A DNA stretch of 64,000 nt. It comes from Macrostomum lignano (taxonomy: Eukaryota). Both the position numbers and the translations under genes were made by a program. The stretch's first letter is position 1, and the number at the start of each line of letters is the position of its first letter. Below the pieces are notes generated by a model. It made no database searches and had not been told where the DNA came from. It saw nothing but the letters and a program-made list of their open reading frames with translations. Positions 13,101 through 25,100 of this stretch are shown here, one piece after another. The DNA lies in assembly GCA_002269645.1 (NCBI GenBank), contig NIVC01002393.1, positions 62,001-126,000 of the forward strand. The letters are read 5' to 3'.

Positions 13101-16100
13101 GACGACGAAGACGTCCGACTGGCTGACAACGAGGAGGCTCGAGATGCTATAAAATTATTGCCATTAAACTTAGACGGCCAATGTTCTGTGTCGATTGTGC
13201 ATGACGTTTGTAACGATAATTGAACTGACTCGCTAACTTAACTACACGTAATACCATTTTATTAGTGGAAAATAAAAACTTAATATGGTTACAATGTACG
13301 AATACTCTGTCCATGCACTTTGTCTATGTACTTTGTCCGTGCACTCTGTCTATGCACTTTTTATGTACTTTGTATATGTACTTTGTCCATGCACTGTCTA
13401 TGCACTTAGTCAATGCACTTTGTCTATGTACTTTGTATATGTACTTTTTCCATGCACTTTGTTTATGTACTTAGTCCATGTACTTTGTACATGCACTTTG
13501 TCTATGTACTTTGTCCATGTACTTTGTCCATGCACTTTGTTTATATACTTTGTCCTGGGGGTTGTAGTCGAGTGGTTAGAGCGTAGGACTCACGACTGAA
13601 AGGTCAGGAGTTCGATTCTCAACTCACTCGGAACAATTTGTTTGCTTGAGCAAGAAGACATTCAACTCTGCACTGCTGCTTCAGTCCACCCGTGCCAGCA
13701 TTAGCTGGTGTAATTGGGGGTGCATGGCATCCCCCCCAGACCTTGGACTGAACAGCCGTAAGCAGCCTTCAGATGCGCTGCGCAATAGCTGCGGCTGAGC
13801 TGTCGGTTGCACATTTGGCCTAATTGGGGCAGGTGTAACCAGTCATTACTCATTGTTATATTATTTATCCATGCACTTTGTCGCTTACTATGCTTGTACT
13901 TGTTTTTTGTCGTCTGCTAAATACTAAAAATATTTAATAACAATATATTTAAGGTTCTCGTTCTTCTTTATCTTCTAAAAGAGATAATGGGCGATTCTAG
14001 AAGGGTTTAAGGGGCGATTCTGAGTTTAAAATAGCAGTCGGCCGCTAAGACTTTAGGCAGTCCTTTTTAATTATTACTAATCCCAGTTTAAACCAAACCA
14101 ATTTAGGAATCTGAAAGAGGCTCTCAGCTCGACGGGATTCAATTTTAATCCCAAATGATATATGGATCTTGAATTATTTGACAATAACCATGTCTATAGC
14201 CAAGCGAAATTGCAATTTCTATGAAAAAATGATAAGAAATAAGGTGAAAGAGCGATTATAAAAGCTAGAGGACATGTGGAGTGACACAAGCAGAATATTA
14301 TTTTTTTGGAAAAAAATGAGTGCCAAAATATTTTCACCTTCCACGATAACGCTTCATAACATTTCTCAGACAACCAACTCCAGTCTGCTAAATAAAAACA
14401 TACACCTCACTCCTTTAGATAAAACCACCCAGCCCACTCTGTCAAATAAAAATACCCCAACCCACTCCGCTAGATAAAAACACTCACCCCACTCTGCCTG
14501 ATAAAAACACCCACCCCACTCTGCCTGATAAAAACACCCACCCCACTCTGCCTGATAAAAACACCCACCCCACTCTGCCTGATAAAAACACCCACCCCAC
14601 TCTGCCTGATAAAAACACCCACCCCACTCTGCCTGATAAAAACACCCACCCCACTCTGCCTGATAAAAACACTCACCCCACTCTGCCTGATAAAAACACC
14701 CACCCCACTACGTCAGATAAACAAACCCACCCACTCTGTCAAATAAAAATACCCCAACCCACTCCGCTAGATAAAAACACTCACCCCACCCTGCCTGATA
14801 CAAACACCCACCCCACTACGTTAAATAAACAAACCCACCCCACTCTGCCAAATAAAAATACCCCAACCCACTCCGCTAGATAAAAACACTCACCCCACTC
14901 TGCCTGATAAAACCACCCACCCCACTCCGCCAGATAAACAAACCCACCCCACTCTGTCAAATAAAAATACCCAACCCACTCCGCCAGATAAAAACACTCA
15001 CCCTACTCTGCCTGATACAAACACCCACCCCACTCCGCCAGATAAACAAACCCACCCCACTCTGTCAAATAAAAATATCCAACCCACTCTGCCTGATACA
15101 AACACCCACCCCACTACGTCAGATAAAACAATCAACCACTCCGCGAAATAAAAACCCACCCCCCTCTGTCAAATAAAAATACCCACCACTCCGTCAGATA
15201 AAACCACCCACCCCACTCCGCCAGATAAAACCACCCGACCCACTCCGCCAGATAAAAACACTCACCCTACTCTGCCTGATACAAACACCCACCCCACTCC
15301 GCCAGATAAACAAACCCACCCCACTCTGTTAAATAAAAATATCCAACCCACTCTGCCTGATCCAAACACCCATCCCACTACGTCAGATATATCCACCCGA
15401 CCCACTCCGCCAGATAAAAACCCTCACCCACTCCTTCAGATAAAATCACCCACCCCACTCCTTCAGCTAAACAAACCCACCCCACTCTGTCAAATAAAGA
15501 CCCATCGCACTCCTTCAGATAAAACCCCCACCCCTCGCCGTCAAAACATTTACATACCTCAGATTGAATGTGGTATCAAGCGACAACAGTCGATCCACGC
15601 GTCTCAGCCCGTGGCTCAGTATGTCCTTTTGGGCGCTCTCCGAAAACGCGGACGAATCGACATCCCAGAGCAGACTGACCTCGGACAGGGAGCCACTTCG
15701 CCGGACCTTTACGGTGTGAGTGGCCAATTCGAACGCCGTGTTGGGACTTGATGGCGTGCTGCCGCTGCTTGGATCGCCTCCACCAGCGCCACTGCCAGCG
15801 CCACCGCCGGAGTCTCCACCGCCGCTGCCACCGACACCAAAAGCCGAAGACGGGGAAGTCGGGGAACGTCGACCACCGGTGGTGTCCAGACGAGGTGCAG
15901 GACGGCCCGGCAGGGAGAACACGCTGCTGTCCGACTCTAGAAATAGGGGAAATTGAAAATTGGACATTTAAAGGGGAATTGAGATTCATAACTAGGGAAT
16001 TGTGACTTGTTCTATGAGTCTCCCCCATTTAACTATAGATGGAATAGATCTTCCTATAGAAAAGACAAATCTCCCTGTAGAAAAGATAAATCTCCCTGTA

Positions 16101-19100
16101 GAAAAGATAAATCTCCCTGTAGAAAAGATAAATCTCCCTGTAGAAAAGATAAATCTCCCTGTAGAAAAGATAAATCTCCCTGTAGAAAAGACAAATCTCC
16201 CTGTAGAAAAGATAAATCTCCCTGTAGAAAAGATAAATCTCCCTGTAGAAAAGATAAATCTCCCTGTAGAAAAGACAAATCTCCCTGTAGAAAAGATAAA
16301 TCTCCCTGTAGAAAAGATAAATCTCCCTGTAGAAAAGATAAATCTTCCTGTAGAAAAGATAAATCTCCCTGTAGAAAAGATAAATCTCCCTGTAGAAAAG
16401 ACAAATCTCCCTGTAGAAAAGATAAATCTCCCTGTAGAAAAGATAAATCTCCCTGTAGAAAAGACAAATCTCCCTGTAGAAAAGATAAATCTCCCTGTAG
16501 AAAAGATAAATCTCCCTGTAGAAAAGATAAATCTCCCTGTAGAAAAGATAAATCTCCCTGTAGAAAAGATAAATCTCCCTGTAGAAAAGATAAATCTCAC
16601 TGTAGATGGGATGCAACTCCCTATAGATGGGATGCAACTCCCTATAGATGGGATTCCGCTCCCTATAGATGGGATACAACGCCCTATAGATGGGATTAAT
16701 CTCCTTATAGAAAAGACAAATCTCCTCATAGATGGGATAAATCTCCCTATAGATGAGATAAATCTGTCTATAGATAAGACAAATGACCTATAAATAGGAT
16801 AAATCTTCCTACTGATGGGATAATTCTCCCTATGGATGGGATAAATCTCCCTATAGTTGGGATAATTCTCCCTATAGATGGGATAAATCTCTCTATAGTT
16901 GGGATAATTCTCCCTATAGATGGGATAATTCTCCCTATAGATGGGATAATTCTCCCTATAGATGGGATAATTTTCCCTATAGATGGGATAATTCTCCCTA
17001 TAAAAATGAGAAATCTTTCTATGCATGCATCTGGAATAAATCTTTCCGATTGTGCAATTAAATAATGCATTCGTAGGGAGAACTGTGCATTATTAGGCAG
17101 TAAAATAGCACGACATCAGCAGAGAAAGCACACATCAGCAATTTACAACACGAAACAAAGGGCTTGGCAACAATACAAGGCAGTAGGTGATATGAAACGA
17201 TAAAAACTATTAGTGTAGGTAAAAGAGAAAATACTCTCTGAGTTTACAAAGAAGTCCCCGTTTTTTGGTTCACTGCTCATGGACTAAGAGACCCTCGTCG
17301 AGGATGAAACTACTAGAAAAAAATGGAATACATTATCTATACTCAATACGACTCCTAGCTGCTAGAGATTGACGAGTTCAGGCAAAGGTCGTTTGACAAA
17401 TCACGCAGTCGATGCGTGAACAGTCTGGGGCTAAACGAGTTCATTTTGACTGGACAAACAGCAGCGACTCTGACGGCAATTAAAATAATTATTATAAGCT
17501 AAAAAATACGCTATTTTGCTTGTGAGGAATCTTTTTGCATGTTCTCTTGTCGTCAAAGATAACTAATTTTGTTAATCTGAGAGTTGGGTAAGGTTTGCGG
17601 CTCCTTCGAACTTTTTTCGAGTGCAGGTAAGACAAGTTATTCATTTTTTACCTTCGCTAGTGCTGCCAGGGCTGCGGGCTTGGCTGGGTTTGGTTCGTTT
17701 CGGCGGCGGGTGGTCGCTGCCGCCTCTGGAATATTCGCGGGAGAATTTTAGATAATTTTACTGAAGATCTTGTTGCCTAGCAGCTGAGGATCAATCTGGG
17801 ATTCTGGTTGTCCAGCAACAGAGGATCTGGGAGGCAGGTGGCCCAGCAGCTGAGGATCTGGGAGGCTGGCCCAGCAACTGAGGATCTGGAATTCTGGTTG
17901 TCCAGCAACTGAGGATCTGGGAGGCTGGTGGCCCAGCAGCTGAGGATCTGGGAGGCTGGCCCAGCAACTGAGGATCTGGGAGGCTGGCCCAGCAACTGAG
18001 GATCTGGGAGGCTGGCCCAGCAGCTGAGGATCTGGGAGGCTGGCCCAGCAACTGAGGATCTGGGAGGCTGGTTGTCCAGCAACTGAGGATCTGGGATTCT
18101 GGTTGTCCAGCAACTGAGGATCTGGGAGGCTGGTGGCCCAGCAGCTGAGGATCTGGGAGGCTGGCCCAGCAACTGAGGATCTGGGAGGCTGGTTGTCCAG
18201 CAACTAAGGATCTGGGATTCTGGTTGTCCAGCAGCTGAGGATCTGGGAGGCTGGCCCAGCAACTGAGGATCTGGGAGGCTGGTTGTCCAGCAACTAAGGA
18301 TCTGGGATTCTGGTTGTCCAGCAACTGAGGATCTGGGATTCTGGTTGTCCAGCAACTGAGGATCTGGGAGGCTGGCATAGCAGCTGAGGATCTCGGAGGC
18401 TGGCCCAGCAGCTAAGGATCTGGGAGGCTGGCCCAGCAGCTAAGGATCTGGGAGGCTGGCCCAGCAGCTGAGGATCTGGGAGGCCCCTGACTCACCCGTT
18501 AGTCTTCAGCGGAGTCAGCGCAGAAGAGGCCAGACGAAACAGATTAGAGGTGCCCCGAAACTTCAATTGACCAACAGCGGACAGAAAGTCGTTTAGCGGC
18601 AGCAGCTCTTTCTTCTCCTGGCTGAACACTCTGCAAAAAATTTAAAATGCGACATGCTAGCATGCAAATGTCTGAGTCGCTGACCTTTCAGAGGTAGCTG
18701 CCGTCCTTTCCTGCACACACGCCATGAGCATTGCAACTATTTGCACTTAGATCTAGCACACAGTGAATTTGAATTCCGTATGTATCAATGGCCTTGCGAG
18801 TCACACAAGCCACACATACTGCGACCCCTCCTAGCTCAGATCCATCAAAGGAAGCCGACAAAGTTTCGGCTTCACACAGAAACTTCAACAATTCCCGTAA
18901 GGTATAAAAAAAGAAATGAAAACGTGAACATATTAAATCTTTTTCTTCAACTGTAGAAGAAGCCCACTTAATTCAAAAGTGCAGCAGTATTTTTTTGAAA
19001 AAAAACCGAAGCCCTAAAAACTTTCCTGGCTTTCCTGACAGATAAATGTGTTCAGGAACAGCGCTTAAATGATTCTTTGATCCGACAGACAGACAGACAG

Positions 19101-19166
19101 GCTGACAGATAGACAGACAGGCTGACAGATAGACAGAAAGGCTGACAGATAGACAGACAGACTGAC

Positions 19167-19197
<31 letters not shown>

Positions 19198-22100
19198 TAA
19201 TTATTATAGTGAACATGTTAAAAAACTCACTTTGCCTGTTCTGTAGCATCAAAGGTCACCTCATCGTCGGTAGCGCTGAGCTTCTTGGCCAATCGAATGT
19301 CACGAATGATATTTCTGGCGAATATTGACAAATAAAAACTTTTCATAAAGTTCCAGGGCAGATTCTCAAGGGGTCTCAGGGTTGATTCTCAAGGGGTCTC
19401 GGAGAAGATTCTCAAGGGTTCTCAGGGTTGATTCTCAAGGGGTCTCAGGGTTGATTCTCAAGGGGTCTCGGAGAAGATTCTCAAGGGTTCTCAGGGTTGA
19501 TTCTCAAGGGGTCTCAGGGTTGATTCTCAAGGGGTCTCGGAGAAGATTCTCAAGGGTTCTCAGGGTTGATTCTCAAGGCGTCACAGGGCTGATTCTCAAG
19601 GGGTCTCAGGGTTGATTCTCAAGGCGTCACAGGGTTGATTCTCAAGGGTTCTCAGGGTTGATTCTCAAGGGGTCTCAGGGTTGATTCTCAAGGGTTCTCA
19701 GGGTTGATTCTCAAGGGGTCTCAGGGCCGATTCTCAAGGGGTCTCAGGACTCATTCTCAAGGCGTCACAGGGCTGATTCTCAAGGGTTCTCAGGTTCGAT
19801 TCTCAAGAGTTCTCAGGGTTGATTCTCAAGGGTTCTCAGGGTTGATTCTCAAGGGTTCTCAGGGTTGATTCTCAAAGGGTCTCAGAGACGTCTTAGAGGC
19901 GAATCTAAAAAACTTTCAGAGTGGCGACTATAGGAAAATTTCCGACATTGTCTCAGATTCCATTATAAAGACGGGTAGGTGTACATGTACGCCTAGCCAA
20001 TCAAGGGTCACCAACCTGAACTCTCGAAACGACAAGCAACCGTCGCAGTCTTCGTCGTAGTAGCGGAATATGTACCGGCAGCGCAGCTCCGCCGGAGTGC
20101 TTCCGTGCGGTGTCGACGGCTCCATAGCGGCGTGACCGACAAGAAAGTCGCGAAACTGCAGGAATCCGCGCCGGTGCGAATCGAAGGCGCTGTTTTGGTG
20201 TTAGGGTTTAGCGGCAGGGTTTTGTGATCCTGTAGATCTACCGATATGTTGGGTAAATAAGTTTGCACAGTTTGTCCAGCAACTGAGGATCTGGAAGGCT
20301 GGCCCAGCAGCTGTGGCCCAGCAACTGACACTCTGGAAGGCTGGCCCAGCAGCTGAGGATCTGGGAGGCTGGCCCAGCAACTGACACTCTGGGAGGCTGG
20401 CCCAGCAACTGACACTCTGGGAGGCTGGCCCAGCAACTGACACTCTGGGAGGCTGGCCCAGCAACTGACACTCTGGAAGGCTGGCCCAGCAGCTGAGGAT
20501 CTGAGAGGCTGGCCCAGCAGCTGAGAATCTGGGAGGCTGGCCCAGCAACTGAGGATCTGGGAGGCTGGTGGCCCAGCAACTGAGGATCAGAGAGGTTGGC
20601 CCAGCAACTGAGGACCAGGGAGGCTGGTGGCCCAGCAACTGACGATCTAGGAAGCTGGCCTAGCAACTATTGTAGTATAATATAGCTGGCTTAATGCTTA
20701 GTATTTACATATTGATGATTTAAAAACAGTTTGATCATCAGTTACCAACTCAAAATTTTAAATTAGAAATAAACGAATAAGCGCTTAAACTTATTAGAAA
20801 ATCCAGAAAAATTATTTTTTAATTTCTGGCGTATTTTTTACTATTTTAGCGAATTTCGACAAATCTACGCCATAATTTTGCTACTACAAGTAGTTTAGTA
20901 AAACATTTTAATGTATTTTTATATACGAGTAAGAATAAAAAGTCCCGCTAATTTTAGACAGTAAAAAAATAAGCTCACCGAAACAGATGCTTAGCTCGTT
21001 CGTAAGAGAATCCTCTGGCGGCAAAGTATTGCGCAAACACTGGGAAGCACATTGACGCAGACGGGGCGCAGGCTTTCATGAACTGGTTGAATAGGAACTT
21101 TTGTTCTGCAATTTTTTGACGCCAGTTTGTAAGGGGGGGGGGCATTTAAAGATGGCCTAACAACCCTCCAGTAAACTATTAAGCATTTCTGCTTTTCCTG
21201 CTGACTCCCGACTCTCAATACTGTACGCAGACACAGCACTGATGCACACGCTCACACAGGGTGCACACAGACAAGGAGTACTCGAATAAGGCGGGAAACT
21301 ATGTGTTCATCTTTTGATATGTCTTGCCTTTCTCATAGGTCTTATGGATATTCATAGGGCTTTTTGTTTAAAAGAAAATAAGTCTCCATGTTAATTTTAT
21401 ATCCAACATGCATGTCGTGTGTCTAAAAAAATCATTGTCACACAGTCAGCTAAGAATCATCAAGGAGATTCATAAAATAAGGATATAAAATTAACATTCA
21501 GAATTTTAATTCTTAAAACCTAAATTTTTTCAAGAAACGAGGTTTCCCGACATTGCACTTGAGTAGTCTATGGGTGTACAGCGGACCCCAGACTTTCTCA
21601 CTGTCAAGGCACGTACACTTTATATCCACAGTGCACCTTACCCAGGTCGCCAAATCCGGCAGCTTTAACCAGTTGCTGTGTAGGCGACAGCGGCGCAGCG
21701 CCGCCGCCATCAGACGAACCAGCTGACGTTATGCACAACTCGAACTGAGTCTCAACAAACGCGCAATCGGGTAGCATTGGAACATAGGTTTGCCCAGTGA
21801 CTTCTGTGAGTTGGTCCACATCGTTGCTGCTAGCGACTGAAGCCAGCAGATCCAAAAGTTCGTGGCCCAGCAGGAACAGCGATGGTAGGCAGGTGCTGCT
21901 AGCAGATGCCGCCCCTAAACTGGCCTGCCGGCTAAGCACTTCACTGGACAGCCACTGGGCTTCTTCAAATGTCTGCTATAAGAATTTCAAATCTGGGATT
22001 CTAAGATAAAGATTATTTAGTTGAATCCCAGAGATTTTCAAGGACTATTAAGGAGGTTCTTAAAGGGTGAGATTGTTAAGGACGAGATTCTTATTCTTAA

Positions 22101-25100
22101 AAGGTGAGATTCTTAGAGTGAGATTCCTAAAGGGTCAGATTGTTAAAGGGTGAGATTCTCAAAAAGCGAGATTCCTAAAGGGTGAGATTCTTAAAGGGTA
22201 AGATTCTTAAAGAGTGAGATTCTTAAAGGGTGAGATTCTTAAAGAGTGAGATTCTTAAAGGGTGAGATTCTCGAAGGGTGAGATTCTTAAAGGGTAAGAT
22301 TCTTAAAGTGTGGGATTCTTAAAGGGTGAGATTCTTTAAGAGTGAGATTCTTAAAGGGTGAGATTCTTGAAGGGTGAGATTCTTAAAGGGTAAGATTCTT
22401 AAAGTGTGGGATTCTTAAAGGGTGAGATTCTTTAAGAGTGAGATTCTTAAAGGGTAAGATTCTTAAAGAGTGAGATTCTTAAAGGGTGAGATTCTTTAAG
22501 AGTGAGATTCTTAAGGGATGAGATTTTTAAAGGGCAAGATTCTCAAAGGGTGAGATTCTCAAAGGTGGGATTCTTAAAGAATGAGATATTAAAGGGTGGA
22601 ATTAAAAAGAGTGAAATTCTCAAAAAGTGAGATTCTTTCAGGGTAAGATTCTTAAAGGCTGAGATTCTTAAGAATAAGATCCTAAAAGGGTGAGATTATT
22701 ACAGGGTAAGATTACTACAGAGTGAGATTAATAAAAGGTGAGATTATTAAAGGGTGATTCCTAAAAGGTGGGATTCTCAAAGGGTGAGATTCTTATTGAC
22801 TCCCAAGAGACCATCAAACAGATTCCCAAGGATTTCAAAAGATTTCCAACAAAAAAATTGTTGGAAATCTGAATTTAAAATATTCAAGAATACTTAGAGC
22901 TTGAATAGTTAAAAGAAAAATAAAACTTACAAAGTTGTCTTCATCTACATCATCAATGTAGAAAATAGTATAAATATATGAAGTGCCCATTGGTAGGCAT
23001 CGAAAGCTGTTATAACAGACACCTTTAATTTCCACTGGGTTGATGCTTTTCTACAAATAAGAAAAATTCAATAGTATAAGTATAAGAATTATTATAAATT
23101 TTGACATGAACTTAAGTAAATGAATATACACAAACTATAATAAATAAACTAATAGTTAATAAAGTAAAATAGTAACAGGCCTTTAATTTTCTAAATAGAC
23201 TAGGCCTAATAAAAATGTGTTGTTTTAAATAAAACAATTTTAGACTACAAATTAAAATATAAATCTTTTTAATAAGCATATCAAAATTGCTACAATAATT
23301 CATAATTATAACTCAAATTATTAACAATAATTAGGAATAGCTTTAGTCTATAATGCCAATATGAATGTGAAATGAAAATGGAAATTAAATTTCAAAAAAA
23401 CATGCATTATAAAATATTTAATTCATAAAATAAAGAATCTTAATTTTTAAAATAATTATTCTATTATAATAGTTAATATACTTAAATAAAGGAGACAATA
23501 TTAACTACCTACACATTGACTAACTACCAGGATCAAGATTGTGTACTGCTGTACACCAGAACAAAAATTGGTTCCATAGCTTATGCATGCCAATATATAC
23601 CAACAAACTTTTTATTGCATACAAAAAATGCTAAAATAAAAATTACAAATTACAACTAAAATTAAAACCTTGCAAAATTTTAATATTCAACAAACTTATG
23701 TGTTAAAACTGAAACTTTTTTACTAAACTGTAGAGAACTAGTTCATTTTAACTATTTTTGTTTTACTTTTAATTTCTTGGAAAAGTAAAACTTGGTTTTT
23801 TTCATTTTGCTTTCCATTTTTTTCGTAAAGGGCCGGCTATTCTTTTTGATCAAAATTTAGCTATTGTAACTATGTACATGCCTGATTGCAGCGCATGGGC
23901 ATTTTGGCGGACGGCGTCCGGCGCGGATCAGCCTGCGCGGCGCAGCATTGGTGGTGGACCAGGGGTAAGTCGAAAAAATGCCACCCCATAGAATACAGGC
24001 GTAGTACTAATTAGATGCCGAGGCATTTAGGCTTAATAAGACAGTCATAGTTACTCCTGCCGTTTACCCAAAACTGCGTTAATTTTGCTTTAGGGTTTCT
24101 TTCACAGGTAAGTCATTTCACAGTGTGGCGCAGGTTGTGTAGGCGTCTGGCGTACTTAAGCCATGCGCTGCAATAGGGTGTACATGGAGACTATGCCAAA
24201 TGCAAACTTAATTATTATTGTATGCTAATTATGTAGATTGATTGTTGGGACTCGGAACTTTTGGTCCAACCAAGGACTACTTAACAACTCAGGACATTAC
24301 ACTTGCGAATGGTAGAAATTCTAGAAAAGGCCACTTGCTTTAGCTGTTTCTATGGCTTTTCAATAAGCTTTATTGATAAAGAAGCAAGTGCTAACCTATC
24401 TAGTGGTAGGTGCTCATAAACTGTTCGCTATATATATATTTTTTTGTACGAATATACAATTAATAAATACAAATATAGTCAGTACAAGAAGTACATTACA
24501 ATTAAAGAGTAGGATATGCAACTGATGGAACTCTGTATACAACTGTATAAGGCAAAATAGATCCAGATGAACATAAAGATGTTTAAAAGAGACATTCAGC
24601 TAGGTTTCAGTTTGCGAAGTCAGCGAGAGCAAGCAGTGGTTGATTGCCTGAAAGTCTCGGATTCTCTGCCTGAAGTCTTGGATTCCTTTATAGATGGAGT
24701 TGGCCAGCCTTCGAGACACACACACACAATTTTTTTTTGAATATTTTCTTAAACAAGCATGAAACTATCAACACAATGCTGCCCAGAATTGCCTAGAAAA
24801 AATTGCTGACGTGGATCAGATGATTTTACCGGTAGACAGATCGACTGAAGCACAGCTATGTGAGAATGAGCTGCAGGGCTTGCAGAGATTTCACAGCTGC
24901 GCGTCCTGTTGAAAATTGCTTCCAGTCGAATGCGCTGCAGCCTGTGCTGAAAACCCAACTCCCATGTAGATGCTAGCCTTCTACAGATAAAATTGAATAA
25001 TCACCACAATACAGTTACTCGTGTATCTTTATAGTAGGGATGAAAAATTAGGGTCAAAAGTTACATGAATTACCTTAACTTGCACAGGCAACGCATTGAG

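Noticed and set aside
13557-13630. tRNA gene
   Set aside because: A and B boxes are present but the acceptor stem does not pair, and the sequence continues into a SINE body shared with another copy.
15992-17070. ORFs with RKDKSPC, VEKINLP and FSTGRFI repeats
   Set aside because: A 21-bp intronic array translated in several frames.
24006-24069. Functional rRNA gene or R2 insertion
   Set aside because: Only a short mutated fragment inside a MITE; no rDNA unit and no R2 ORF.
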